64,000 nt of DNA from an uncultured Anaerolineaceae bacterium (GTDB taxonomy: Bacteria; Chloroflexota; Anaerolineae; Anaerolineales; UBA11579). The position numbers and the translations under genes are program-made. Every line of letters starts with the position of its first letter. Position 1 is the stretch's first letter. The notes under the pieces are model-generated. The model worked only from the letters and a program-made list of their open reading frames with translations. It ran no database searches and was not told the DNA's origin. Positions 1-8,272 of the stretch are shown in pieces. The stretch covers positions 68,650 through 132,649 of the forward strand of contig CAZUTS010000004.1 of NCBI GenBank assembly GCA_964623375.1. Direction: 5' to 3'.

Positions 1-2
1 CG

Positions 3-725
3 CCGCAGGCAAGCGAAGTCTTGCGCGGCGACATGGCCGACCCGGCCTCTATCGCAGCAGCGCTGCGCGGCGTTGAGGCGTTGTACTTCATCGCCCCAAA
101 CATGTATCCACATGAAGTAGCGCTAGGCACAGCATGGATCGCGGCGGCCAAAGCCGCCGGTGTACGCCGCTTTGTGTATCACTCGGTGCTGTATCCGCAG
201 ATCGAGGCCATGCCGCACCACTGGCAGAAGCTGCGCGTGGAAGAAGCCTTGATCCGATCCGGATTGGACTTCACCGTCCTGCAGCCGGCCAGCTACATGC
301 AGAACATCCCGCCCTATCTGCCGGCAATACCCCAGCACGGCGAGTACCGCGTGCCATACTCGGTGGACGCGACTTTCTCGCCAGTTGACTTAACCGACGT
401 GGCGGCTGCCGCGGCCCGCGTGCTGTTGGAGACTGGCCACCACGGCGCCCAGCACGCGCTCGCCGGGCCAGAGCGGCTGAGCTCGGCGCAGATGGCGCAG
501 CAGCTAAGCCAGCATATCGGGCAGCCCGTGGTCGCAACGCAGCAGCCGTTGGCAGACTGGCAAGCGGCAAATGCGCACCTGCCCCCCTATGCCCGCGATA
601 CGCTGAGCGCCATGTTCGCTTATTACGACGTACACGGCTTCGCCGCCAGCAGTTTCACGCTGGAAAGCTTGTTGGGCCGCTCACCGAAGAGCTTTACGGA
701 ATTCCTAAAACGCGAGTTGGGTTAA
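3..725 (+). CDS. NmrA-like / atypical SDR NAD(P)-binding protein, 5'-truncated by the window edge
   Basis: The frame is open from nt 3, with no stop before the listed TTG at 21. The N-terminal Rossmann GxxGxxG part is absent. The rest (ALYFIAPNMYPHEV, FVYHSVLYPQ, LQPASYMQN) fits the NmrA-type layout. Stop TAA 723-725. Confidence 0.7.
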   Translation, partial: PQASEVLRGDMADPASIAAALRGVEALYFIAPNMYPHEVALGTAWIAAAKAAGVRRFVYHSVLYPQIEAMPHHWQKLRVEEALIRSGLDFTVLQPASYMQNIPPYLPAIPQHGEYRVPYSVDATFSPVDLTDVAAAAARVLLETGHHGAQHALAGPERLSSAQMAQQLSQHIGQPVVATQQPLADWQAANAHLPPYARDTLSAMFAYYDVHGFAASSFTLESLLGRSPKSFTEFLKRELG

Positions 726-729
726 GAAT

Positions 730-1005
730 CCACGGATAAACACAGATGCTAACTGCTGATAGATCCACTGCTATATCGTCTTTGCGAGGAGTGCGTAGCG
801 AAGCTGCGTCGACGAAGCAATCCCCGAATCAAGAGCGCAGCGCTGCCTATCGTCATTCCGACCGAGTACAACAAGGGAGGAATCCTTAGGGCAAAAAAAG
901 TCATTAGTATGGCCTAAAGGATTCCTCCTAGGCTTTTGGCGCTGCTGCGCAGCGCACAGCCTTCGTCGGAATGACAGGTGTGTAGTTATCTGCGTTTATC
1001 CGCGG
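730..1005. repeat. Composite nested palindromic element: family-B arms enclosing a complete family-A element
   Basis: CCACGGATAAACACAGAT (730-747) is the reverse complement of ATCTGCGTTTATCCGCGG (988-1005) with 2 mismatches in 18. Family-A copy 852-975 lies between the arms. Confidence 0.75.
852..975. repeat. Family-A palindromic intergenic element, complete copy
   Basis: Outer inverted repeat GTCATTCCGAC (852-862) / GTCGGAATGAC (965-975). Inner inverted repeat GGAGGAATCCTTAGG (876-890) / CCTAAAGGATTCCTCC (913-928). The same motifs recur at 13245, 32129 and 53932. Confidence 0.85.
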
Positions 1006-1023
1006 CTAAATGCAGTTGCTTTT

Positions 1024-1041
1024 ATCTGGGTTCATCTGTGG
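1024..1041. repeat. Family-B repeat, solo arm
   Basis: ATCTGGGTTCATCTGTGG is the reverse complement of CCACAGATGAACCCAGAT, 1 mismatch from the arm at 20479-20496. Confidence 0.6.
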
Positions 1042-1055
1042 AAAACACCCACAAT

Positions 1056-1086
1056 AAAAAGAGCAGCGCAATACGCTGCTCTTTTT
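1056..1086. terminator. Bidirectional intrinsic terminator hairpin
   Basis: AAAAAGAGCAGCG-caata-CGCTGCTCTTTTT: a GC-rich stem with an A-tract on one side and a T-tract on the other. It lies 24 nt past the stop of the minus-strand permease. Confidence 0.8.
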
Positions 1087-1109
1087 ATTCGTAAGACTAC
1101 AAGCTTGCC

Positions 1110-2555
1110 TTAGCGGCGAGTCGTCTTTTTCTTGGCAGCAGTCTTCTTGCCGGCAGCCTTCTTTACTGCGGTAGCCTTGCTAGCCACAGCCTTGCTCTCA
1201 CCTTCGGGAGCAAAGATCAGGAACACAGCGTTGAGCAGAATACCGAGCACCGCCGCAGTGGCGATGGCGGGCAAACCGCTGGGGAAGATGCCCTGCAGGA
1301 ACGGAATGGGTAGGAAGCCACCGGCATACCCGATGTTGCCGCCGATGCCCACCACCATGATGGTGGCGCCAACGGCCAGGTTGCGCGGGTCAAACATGCT
1401 GACCTTGTGCTCTTGCATCAGGGCGATACCTTGCATACCGATCACACCGAAAAGGTAGATGGCCAAGCCACCGCTCACAGCCAGCGGCACAGCGCTCACC
1501 AGAGCGGCCAGCTTGCCGACGAAGGCCAGCAAGACGGAGAGCACACCCGCGGCGATCAGGGCCGGGCCGGAGTAGTTGCGCGTGATCGCCATCAACGAGT
1601 TGTTCTCGCCGTAGTTAGTACCAGCGGTAGCGCCGAACAGACCATTGATGGCGTCGCCTACACCGTCCAACACCAGGTTGAAGCCGATGTTCTTGTCCAG
1701 TTCGTAGGGCTTGGCTTTGCGCTCCTCAGCGAAGCGGTCCACATACAAGCTGATCTGATACAGGTGAGCGGTGGACTCAGGGATGGTGGCAATCGCCATG
1801 ATGGCAATGCTGAACACCGCCGTGGCCACGAACGCGCCACCGAAGACGGGAGCGGTCAGGTGCGGCATGTCGAACAGCGGAGCGGCAGTCACGCCAGCAA
1901 AGCTGACAGAGCCCGGAGCCAGGAAGCTGGAGAGCAGCATACCGGCAACGGCGCCGAGCAGCACGGGCAGCATGCCCAGGAAGCCACGGTTCTGCAGGTA
2001 CACCGAGAACAGAATGGTCAGCACCAGGGTGGCGATGGAAACGCCCCAGTTAGCGGAGGCCATGTCCAGGGCGGCGAAAGCCAGGCCGAAACCGATGATG
2101 GCGGCCACGGAGCCGGTGACTACCGGAGGCAGCACCTTGTCCAGCGCACTCTTGCCGAGAGCACGAATGATGAAACCGATGACGATGTTGAGCAAACCAG
2201 TGACGATGATACCGGCCTGCATCGTACCGATCACCTCATCCGGAGCGGCAACGCCGAACTCCGGCGCGGCGCCGGTCATCGCGCTGACTACGGCCACATA
2301 AGCAGCAATGTAGCTGAAGCTGGAGCCGTAGAACAGCGGGATGAACTTACCGATGCCAATCTTGGACAGGATGAGCGCCACAATGGTGGAGATACCCGAG
2401 GCGAACAGCACCGTGTTGACATGGAAGCCACACAAAGCAGCCACCAAAACGGTGGCCGGGAACATGGTAATGACGTGCTGGAAACCCAAAAGAATAAGCT
2501 GACCCACGGGCGGGGTCTCGTTAGGCAAATAGCCCATGCGTTGATTAGCAGCCAT
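1110..2555 (-). CDS. Nucleobase:cation symporter-2 (uracil/xanthine permease) family transporter
   Basis: Polytopic membrane ORF with an NCS2-like N-terminus (GQLILLGFQHVITMFPATVLV). GAGGAG lies 5 nt upstream of ATG 2555; the track start at 2561 is GTG. Lys/Ala-rich C-terminal tail. Confidence 0.85.
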   Translation of the reverse strand: MAANQRMGYLPNETPPVGQLILLGFQHVITMFPATVLVAALCGFHVNTVLFASGISTIVALILSKIGIGKFIPLFYGSSFSYIAAYVAVVSAMTGAAPEFGVAAPDEVIGTMQAGIIVTGLLNIVIGFIIRALGKSALDKVLPPVVTGSVAAIIGFGLAFAALDMASANWGVSIATLVLTILFSVYLQNRGFLGMLPVLLGAVAGMLLSSFLAPGSVSFAGVTAAPLFDMPHLTAPVFGGAFVATAVFSIAIMAIATIPESTAHLYQISLYVDRFAEERKAKPYELDKNIGFNLVLDGVGDAINGLFGATAGTNYGENNSLMAITRNYSGPALIAAGVLSVLLAFVGKLAALVSAVPLAVSGGLAIYLFGVIGMQGIALMQEHKVSMFDPRNLAVGATIMVVGIGGNIGYAGGFLPIPFLQGIFPSGLPAIATAAVLGILLNAVFLIFAPEGESKAVASKATAVKKAAGKKTAAKKKTTRR

Positions 2556-2719
2556 ATACACTCCTCATAGATAGTGAATAAAAGCGGGATCTGCGGGAAA
2601 TAGAAACAGTATGCAAGCCCCCAAGCACCTCCTTTTTGGACAAGATGTTCAACATACTGCAAATTTACAACCCAAAAAACCGCCCAAAGCTACGCCCAAA
2701 ATTTATAGAATATTTGGCC

Positions 2720-2725
2720 TATAAT
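2720..2725 (+). promoter_or_regulatory. -10 box (TATAAT) of a putative leaderless promoter
   Basis: TATAAT, then 6 nt (GCGTCT), then ATG 2732. No Shine-Dalgarno. Confidence 0.45.
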
Positions 2726-2731
2726 GCGTCT

Positions 2732-3937
2732 ATGACTGCTCCCACCACTGGCCTACTCTCTGGAATCCGTGTGCTGGACCTCACCCGTGTGCTGGCCGGC
2801 CCCTACTGCACCATGCTGCTCGGCGATATGGGGGCCGATGTCATCAAGGTCGAGGCGCCCGACAAAGGCGACGATACGCGTCACTGGGGTCCACCCTTCA
2901 CCCAGAGCGGCATGTCAGCCTACTTCATCTCTGCCAATCGCAACAAGCGCAGCCTGACCCTCAACCTCAAGCATCCTGCTGCCCTAGATATCCTGCGCCA
3001 GCTCATCGCCAAGAGCGATGTGCTGGTGGAGAACTTCAAACCCGGCACACTGGAACGCCTTGGTCTGAGCTATGAAGCCATGCAGGAGCTGCGGCCTGAC
3101 CTGATCTACTGCACAGTCAGCGGCTACGGCTACAGCGGCCCAGACAGCCACAAGCCGGGTTACGACTTCATTGCCCAGGCGCGCGGCGGCCTGATGAGCA
3201 TCACCGGCCCGGCGGATGGCGAGCCGGTGCGCGTGGGCCTGGCCATTGCCGACCTGCTCTCCGGCATTTATGCGTGCAACGCCATTACTGCCGCGCTTTT
3301 CGCACGCGAACGTCAGAAAACGGGGCAGCGAATCGACATTTCGTTGTTCGATGCCCAGGTGGGCACGCTTTCGTACGTGGCCAGCAATTACCTGATTTCT
3401 GGCCAGCCGCCCAAGCGCTACGGCAACGGCCACCCCAACATCGTGCCTTACCAGTCCTTCAAGGCCAGTGATGGCTACTTTGCCTTCGCCAGCGGCAACG
3501 ACGGCCAGTGGAGCAAGTTCTGCGCTGCGGCCGGCCGCTCAGACCTGGCCGAGGACCCGCGCTTTGCCAGCAACCCCAAGCGCGTCGAGAATCGCGAAGT
3601 GCTCATCCCCATCCTGGACGAGCTGTTCGCCACCCGCCCCGTAGCCGAGTGGCTGGCGGCCTGCGAGCAAGCCGGTGTACCCGCTGGGCCGATCAATACC
3701 ATCGATCAGGTCTTCGCTGACCCGCAGGTGCTGGCGCGCGAAATGGTGCTGCATGGCGAGCTGAGCAGCGGAGAGGCCATCGACATGTTAGCCTCGCCGA
3801 TTAAGGTGCCGACCAGCCCGATGCAACTGCGCTACCCGCCGCCTGCACTGGGCGAGCACACGCAAGCAATCCTGAACAGCGAGCTCGGCCTGAACGATGC
3901 CGCCCTCGCCGAACTCAAGAACAGCGGCGCTATTTAG
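2732..3937 (+). CDS. CoA-transferase family III (CaiB/BaiF-type) protein
   Basis: Signature N-terminus GIRVLDLTRVLAGPYCTMLLGDMGADVIKVE. ATG 2732 is preferred over track start 2636 because it matches family N-termini and the -10 spacing. Confidence 0.9.
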   Translation: MTAPTTGLLSGIRVLDLTRVLAGPYCTMLLGDMGADVIKVEAPDKGDDTRHWGPPFTQSGMSAYFISANRNKRSLTLNLKHPAALDILRQLIAKSDVLVENFKPGTLERLGLSYEAMQELRPDLIYCTVSGYGYSGPDSHKPGYDFIAQARGGLMSITGPADGEPVRVGLAIADLLSGIYACNAITAALFARERQKTGQRIDISLFDAQVGTLSYVASNYLISGQPPKRYGNGHPNIVPYQSFKASDGYFAFASGNDGQWSKFCAAAGRSDLAEDPRFASNPKRVENREVLIPILDELFATRPVAEWLAACEQAGVPAGPINTIDQVFADPQVLAREMVLHGELSSGEAIDMLASPIKVPTSPMQLRYPPPALGEHTQAILNSELGLNDAALAELKNSGAI

Positions 3938-3973
3938 CCTCGTCTTCCTTGTGGCTATACGCAACCCAGTCTA

Positions 3974-5203
3974 ATGCACGCTGAGACACCTCCAACGCAA
4001 CGCACCATCCTCCACCTGGACCTGGATGCGTTCTTCTGCGCCGTAGAAGAACTGCGGGATCCCAGCCTGCGCGGCAAGGCCTTCGCCGTGGGCGGCAGCC
4101 CCGATGGCCGCGGCGTTGTGGCCACCTGCTCCTATGCGGCGCGGCGCTTTGGCATTCACTCCGCCATGCCGATGGCACGCGCACTGCGCCTGTGCCCTGA
4201 GCTCATCCTCGTGCGCCATCACTTTCGTGACTATACCGACCTCTCCCGCCGCGTGATGGATCTGCTTCAGGGCTACTCGGATCTAGTACAGCCCATTTCT
4301 ATTGACGAAGCTTTTGTTGATGTCACCCATCTGCCTCAGCCCGGCGTGGTCTACGCCAAGCAGTTGCAAACTCAAATTCGTGATCATTTGCACCTGCCCT
4401 CTTCGTTGGGCGTGGCCAGCAACAAGCTGGTGGCCAAAGTAGCCACCACTGTAGGCAAGGCCAGCATGAAAAAGGGCAACTATCCCTTTGCCATTCAAGT
4501 GGTGCCGCATGGCGAAGAAGCCGCCTTCCTGGCGCCGCTGCCCAGCGAAGCGCTGTGGGGCATCGGCCCCAAGACGGCCGAACGTCTGGCCGCGCTGGGT
4601 ATGCACACGGTAGGCGATATTGCGCGCTACCCACTGCATGAGATGGTGCGCCTGCTGGGGCAAACTGGCAGCGCATTGCACTTCCGCGCCCAGGGGATTG
4701 ACGACAGCCCGGTGCATGTAAGCCATGAGACTAAATCGGTCAGCCACGAAGAGACCTTTGCGAAAGACACCAACAACGAAGGCGAGCTGATGCTGGTGAT
4801 CGCAGAGCAGGCCAAATCAATTGCCAAGCATCTGCGCAAACTTAAATTGCACTGCAGCACGGTAGCCATCAAGATCCGCTGGCCAGACTTTAGCAAGATC
4901 AGCCGCCAGCTCACCCTGCCTGAGCCCACAGATGAAGCCAAGCTGATTGAAGAGGCTGCGCGCACCTTGTTCCAGGCACACTGGAAGCCCGGGCGCAAGA
5001 TCCGCCTGCTGGGCGTGCGCGCCAGCAACCTGACCGCGCCCAGCTTCCAGCCGAAGTTGTGGGACTGGGACCCGAAGGCCTTCGCCAAGCAAGAGAAGCT
5101 GGATGCGGCGCTCAAAACGCTTGAGGAGCGCTTTGGCGCCAACAGCCTTGTGCCGGCCAGCGGGCTGCGCGACAGCCGCGGCAAGAAGGGCCAGCAAGAA
5201 TGA
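3974..5203 (+). CDS. dinB: DNA polymerase IV (Y-family translesion polymerase)
   Basis: ILHLDLDAFFCAVEE and SIDEAFVDV catalytic motifs. The 409-aa length is typical for DinB. Confidence 0.93.
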   Translation: MHAETPPTQRTILHLDLDAFFCAVEELRDPSLRGKAFAVGGSPDGRGVVATCSYAARRFGIHSAMPMARALRLCPELILVRHHFRDYTDLSRRVMDLLQGYSDLVQPISIDEAFVDVTHLPQPGVVYAKQLQTQIRDHLHLPSSLGVASNKLVAKVATTVGKASMKKGNYPFAIQVVPHGEEAAFLAPLPSEALWGIGPKTAERLAALGMHTVGDIARYPLHEMVRLLGQTGSALHFRAQGIDDSPVHVSHETKSVSHEETFAKDTNNEGELMLVIAEQAKSIAKHLRKLKLHCSTVAIKIRWPDFSKISRQLTLPEPTDEAKLIEEAARTLFQAHWKPGRKIRLLGVRASNLTAPSFQPKLWDWDPKAFAKQEKLDAALKTLEERFGANSLVPASGLRDSRGKKGQQE

Positions 5204-5916
5204 CGACGATGCTGCCGGGTACTCACATCGGCACGCTAACAGAGCACAGCCTGCATGCGGGCCTCAAGCAATGGCTGGCGCAAAAAGGGGATGCGCTGGA
5301 GCAGCGCATAGACGGCTACCAAATAGACATTGTGCGCGGCAGCACCTTGATAGAGATACAGACGGCAAACTTCAGCGCGCTCAAAACCAAGCTGGGACGT
5401 CTGCTGGAAACACACAAAGTGGTGCTGGTTCACCCGATAGCAGAGAAGAAGTGGATCGTGCGCGAGAACAAGCGTGGCAAGCAACTCAGCCGGCGCAAGT
5501 CACCCAAGAACGGGCGGCTGGAAAATCTATTCGATGAGCTACTGTACATCCCGCATCTGGTGGCGCATCCCAACTTCAGCTGCATGGCGGTCTTCACCCA
5601 CCAGGAGGAGATCTGGCGGGATGACGGCCGCGGCAGTTGGACACGCAAGCGCTGGAGCATTGCCGACCGCCGCCTGCTGGAGGTTACCGGAAGCTATCGC
5701 TTCCGCAACCTGAAAGACTTTCAACGCCTGATCCCAAAAGAGCTCACCGCCCCCTTCACGCACAAGCAGCTGGCGGAAGCACGCGGCATCCCTGTGTGGC
5801 AAAGCACGCGCATGAGCTACTGCATGCGCAAGATGGGCGCGCTGGAGAGCGTGGGCAAGCAGGGCCAAGCGCTGCTGCTGGCGCCGTGTGCGCTACCAAC
5901 AAAAAATCGGCCGTGA
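5200..5916 (+). CDS. Hypothetical protein, possible PD-(D/E)xK-fold (CoiA-like E-x-Q variant) nuclease
   Basis: Its ATG overlaps the dinB stop (ATGA at 5200-5203). The segment GYQIDIVRGSTLIEIQTANF resembles a D...E-x-Q/K nuclease core. The family assignment is inference only. Confidence 0.7.
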   Translation: MTTMLPGTHIGTLTEHSLHAGLKQWLAQKGDALEQRIDGYQIDIVRGSTLIEIQTANFSALKTKLGRLLETHKVVLVHPIAEKKWIVRENKRGKQLSRRKSPKNGRLENLFDELLYIPHLVAHPNFSCMAVFTHQEEIWRDDGRGSWTRKRWSIADRRLLEVTGSYRFRNLKDFQRLIPKELTAPFTHKQLAEARGIPVWQSTRMSYCMRKMGALESVGKQGQALLLAPCALPTKNRP

Positions 5917-5927
5917 GGCCGATTTTT
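5901..5927. terminator. Bidirectional intrinsic terminator
   Basis: AAAAAATCGGCC-gtga-GGCCGATTTTT. The loop contains the TGA stop of ORF 5200-5916. Read on the minus strand it follows the tRNA-His 3' end and is followed by a T-tract. Confidence 0.8.
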
Positions 5928-5934
5928 ATCTGCT

Positions 5935-6011
5935 TGGGGTGGATGACGGGAATCGAACCCGCAACCACCGCATCCACAATGCGGTGCTCTGCCGATTGAG
6001 CTACATCCACC
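5935..6011 (-). tRNA. tRNA-His (anticodon GTG)
   Basis: 77 nt, folded by hand. Acceptor GTGGATG/CATCCAC; D stem GCTC/GAGC; anticodon stem CCGCA/TGCGG with loop TTGTGGA; T arm GCGGG-TTCGATT-CCCGT. It has the encoded extra G(-1) opposite C73 (His identity element) and an encoded CCA. Confidence 0.95.
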
Positions 6012-6062
6012 AAGAAGGTGCTATTTTATCATCAATCCGCAGGGTTAGTGCTGCCTCGGCAG

Positions 6063-7328
6063 CTAGCTCAATAGCTTGCTTAGTTGAGCAGCCAAGCCCG
6101 CACGCGGCGCGCTGTGCTGCTCACCATTGCGCAAATCTTTGACATTGACGGTGTTCTGTGCCACTTCGTCTGGCCCAAGCACCAAAACCAGCTTAGCCCC
6201 CATACGATCGGCTTGTTTGAACTGCTTCTGCAACTTATCTGCCTGCAGGTGGCTGGTAACGTTGAGGCCAGCGGAGCGTAGCTCGGCAGCCAGGGTCAGC
6301 GAGGCGGCCATGCTATCCGCATCAAAGACTGTGATGTAGATCGGGGCGCGGCCGCTAACATCGGGAGCGTGCCCCAGCGCCTGCAGCAGCAGGCTGATGA
6401 CCACATTGCCCACAGCAAAACCAACCGCTGGCACGGGGTCGCCGCCCACGGCATTGACCAGGTTGTTATAGCGGCCACCGCCAAAGATGGCACGGAATTC
6501 ACCAGCCGTGTCCCAGGCTTCGAAAACGGTGCCGGTGTAATAGTCCAGCCCGCGGATGATGTGCGGCGCGTAGCGAACATAGTCGGCGGCGCCCTGTGCC
6601 TCTACCGCGGCGAAGAAACGCTGCAGCGTGTCGGACTTCTTCCACAGGTCGTGATTGGTGAGCAGCTTCTCGATGCCAAGCATCTGGCTGGCATCTAAGC
6701 CCAGCTCAGTGCCACGTGCCTGCCATGCCTCTGCGCTGAGCTTGTCTTTGCGATCGATCAGGCCGAATACCTCGCTACGCAAAGCGCCAGAGATGCCCAG
6801 CGTCTCCAGCTCGGCCTGCATCAACTGGCGATTGTTCACCAGGATCTGCGCCTCGTTTGAAGCCAGGCCAATCGTCTTGAGGAAACTGGCCGCGATGGTA
6901 GCCAGCTCGGCATCCGCCTCCGGCGTATCCTCACCCACCATGTCAATATTCCACTGGAAGAACTCGCGTGTACGGCCCTTCTGGGGTTTCTCATAGCGCC
7001 AGAACGGGCCAAACGACCACCAGCGCAGCGGATAGGTCAGCTGGCGTTGGCGCGTCGCCACCATGCGCGCCAGGGTCGGCGTAAGTTCTGGCCGCAGGGT
7101 AATGCGGTCACCACCGCGGTCTTCAAACACGTAAGACTGCTTCTCGACCAATTCGGCGCCGGATTTAGCAGCGTAGAGCTCAAAGCGCTCCAAGAAGGGG
7201 CCATCGTATTCCTGATAGCCAAAGGATTCGGAAACCTGGCGCATCTTGGCATACAGCCAGGAGCGCACAGCCATATCTTCGGGGTAATAGTCTTGCGTGC
7301 CGCGCACGGCTTGGATGATGTTGGGCAT
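6063..7328 (-). CDS. hisS: Histidine--tRNA ligase
   Basis: Class II HisRS motifs VRGTQDYYPEDM, FFQWNIDMVGE, RGLDYYTG and GGGRYNNLV. ATG 7328 is preferred over 7388, whose extension would translate a palindromic repeat. Confidence 0.93.
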   Translation of the reverse strand: MPNIIQAVRGTQDYYPEDMAVRSWLYAKMRQVSESFGYQEYDGPFLERFELYAAKSGAELVEKQSYVFEDRGGDRITLRPELTPTLARMVATRQRQLTYPLRWWSFGPFWRYEKPQKGRTREFFQWNIDMVGEDTPEADAELATIAASFLKTIGLASNEAQILVNNRQLMQAELETLGISGALRSEVFGLIDRKDKLSAEAWQARGTELGLDASQMLGIEKLLTNHDLWKKSDTLQRFFAAVEAQGAADYVRYAPHIIRGLDYYTGTVFEAWDTAGEFRAIFGGGRYNNLVNAVGGDPVPAVGFAVGNVVISLLLQALGHAPDVSGRAPIYITVFDADSMAASLTLAAELRSAGLNVTSHLQADKLQKQFKQADRMGAKLVLVLGPDEVAQNTVNVKDLRNGEQHSAPRAGLAAQLSKLLS

Positions 7329-7334
7329 GTGCGC

Positions 7335-7340
7335 ATTATA
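7335..7340 (-). promoter_or_regulatory. -10 box (TATAAT) of a putative leaderless hisS promoter
   Basis: The minus strand reads TATAAT-GCGCAC-ATG (ATG at 7328-7326). No SD. Confidence 0.45.
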
Positions 7341-7369
7341 TAAGACGGGAGAACGAAGGAACGGGATTT

Positions 7370-7406
7370 GAGAATAGAGATTTTGCAATCTCCACTCTCT
7401 ATTCTC
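7370..7406. repeat. Family-C hairpin repeat (core AATCTCCACTCTCT)
   Basis: GAGAATAGAGA (7370-7380) pairs with TCTCTATTCTC (7396-7406). The core TGCAATCTCCACTCTCTATT is shared with 19415-19433 and, inverted, with 40038-40063. Confidence 0.7.
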
Positions 7407-7422
7407 TACTTACCAAACCCAT

Positions 7423-7428
7423 TACAAT
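7423..7428 (+). promoter_or_regulatory. -10 box (TACAAT) of a putative leaderless xth promoter
   Basis: TACAAT-TTACCT-ATG (ATG 7435). No SD. Confidence 0.45.
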
Positions 7429-7434
7429 TTACCT

Positions 7435-8202
7435 ATGAAACTCATCAGCTGGAACGTCAACGGTTTGCGCGCCCACCTAAAGAAAGATAGCTGGGCATGG
7501 ATCCATAAGCAGAAGCCCGATGTGATCTGCCTGCAAGAGATCAAGAGCAAACCAGAGCAGCTCACCGATGCGCAGCTCGAGACCTTCAAAGGCTACACGG
7601 TGGCTTGGAACCCGGCGGAACGCCCCGGCTACAGCGGCGTGGCCACGATGGTTTCGAAGAAGAGCAAGGAAGACATCATCGGCTTTGGTGTGCCCAAGTT
7701 TGATGTTGAGGGCCGCGTGATCCAGACGCGCTTTGATGACTTCACGCTGCTGAATGTGTACTTCCCCAGCGGCACTACCGGCATGGAGCGCGTGGGCTAT
7801 AAGCTGGAGTTTTACGAAGCGCTGCTCAAGCACATCAAGAAGCTGCACAAAGCGGGCGAGAGCATTGTGCTCACCGGTGACTTCAATACGGCATTTAATG
7901 AGATCGACTTGGCGCGCCCCAAGGAGAACCAACGCACATCTGGTTTCATGCCAGAGGAGCGTGCCGCGCTGGGCAAATACTTTGACGAAGGGCTGGTGGA
8001 CACCTTCCGTGAGCTGTATCCAGACAAGCAGCAATTCAGTTGGTGGACGGCGCGTTTCCCCAGCGCACGGCAGAACAACATTGGCTGGCGGCTGGACTAC
8101 TTCCTGGTCTCCAAGCCGCTGCTCAAGAAGGTCAAAGACATCACTATTTTTAGCGATGTCACCGGGTCAGACCATTGCCCCGTGATGCTCGAACTAAAGT
8201 AG
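7435..8202 (+). CDS. xth: Exodeoxyribonuclease III / AP endonuclease
   Basis: MKLISWNVNGLRA...VICLQEIK N-terminus and a C-terminal SDHCPV motif typical of the ExoIII/EEP fold. Confidence 0.93.
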   Translation: MKLISWNVNGLRAHLKKDSWAWIHKQKPDVICLQEIKSKPEQLTDAQLETFKGYTVAWNPAERPGYSGVATMVSKKSKEDIIGFGVPKFDVEGRVIQTRFDDFTLLNVYFPSGTTGMERVGYKLEFYEALLKHIKKLHKAGESIVLTGDFNTAFNEIDLARPKENQRTSGFMPEERAALGKYFDEGLVDTFRELYPDKQQFSWWTARFPSARQNNIGWRLDYFLVSKPLLKKVKDITIFSDVTGSDHCPVMLELK

Positions 8203-8260
8203 GTATCCCCCTTCGTTGGGTCTTAACCCAACGTTAAAGTGACAACCTTCACAAAGGGCG

Positions 8261-8266
8261 TATACT
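8261..8266 (+). promoter_or_regulatory. -10 box (TATACT) of a putative leaderless promoter
   Basis: TATACT-GTTTTC-ATG (ATG 8273). No SD. Confidence 0.4.
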
Positions 8267-8272
8267 GTTTTC

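Noticed and set aside
1407-2570. 387-aa plus-strand ORF, and similar long antisense ORFs: 13641-14582, 36307-37059, 41729-42613, 43028-43783, 43374-44252, 48574-49240, 52528-53145 and 62874-63602.
   Set aside because: All lie opposite or out of frame with genes that have strong family signatures. They have low-complexity Arg/Ala/Gly/His-rich translations and no start-site context.
2556-2731. A purine riboswitch upstream of the NCS2 nucleobase permease.
   Set aside because: I could not find the conserved purine-riboswitch three-way junction or loop motifs by eye in the 170-nt divergent region. An Infernal/Rfam scan would be needed to exclude it.
3974-5934. A genomic island integrated at the tRNA-His 3' end (dinB plus the nuclease-like ORF as cargo).
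   Set aside because: There is no integrase, no direct repeat of the tRNA 3' end found by eye, and the composition looks host-like.
7329-7434. A T-box leader upstream of hisS.
   Set aside because: Only ~100 nt separate hisS from xth. That space is filled by a family-C hairpin plus two -10 boxes, which is too short for a T-box. I could not find a specifier loop or T-box sequence.
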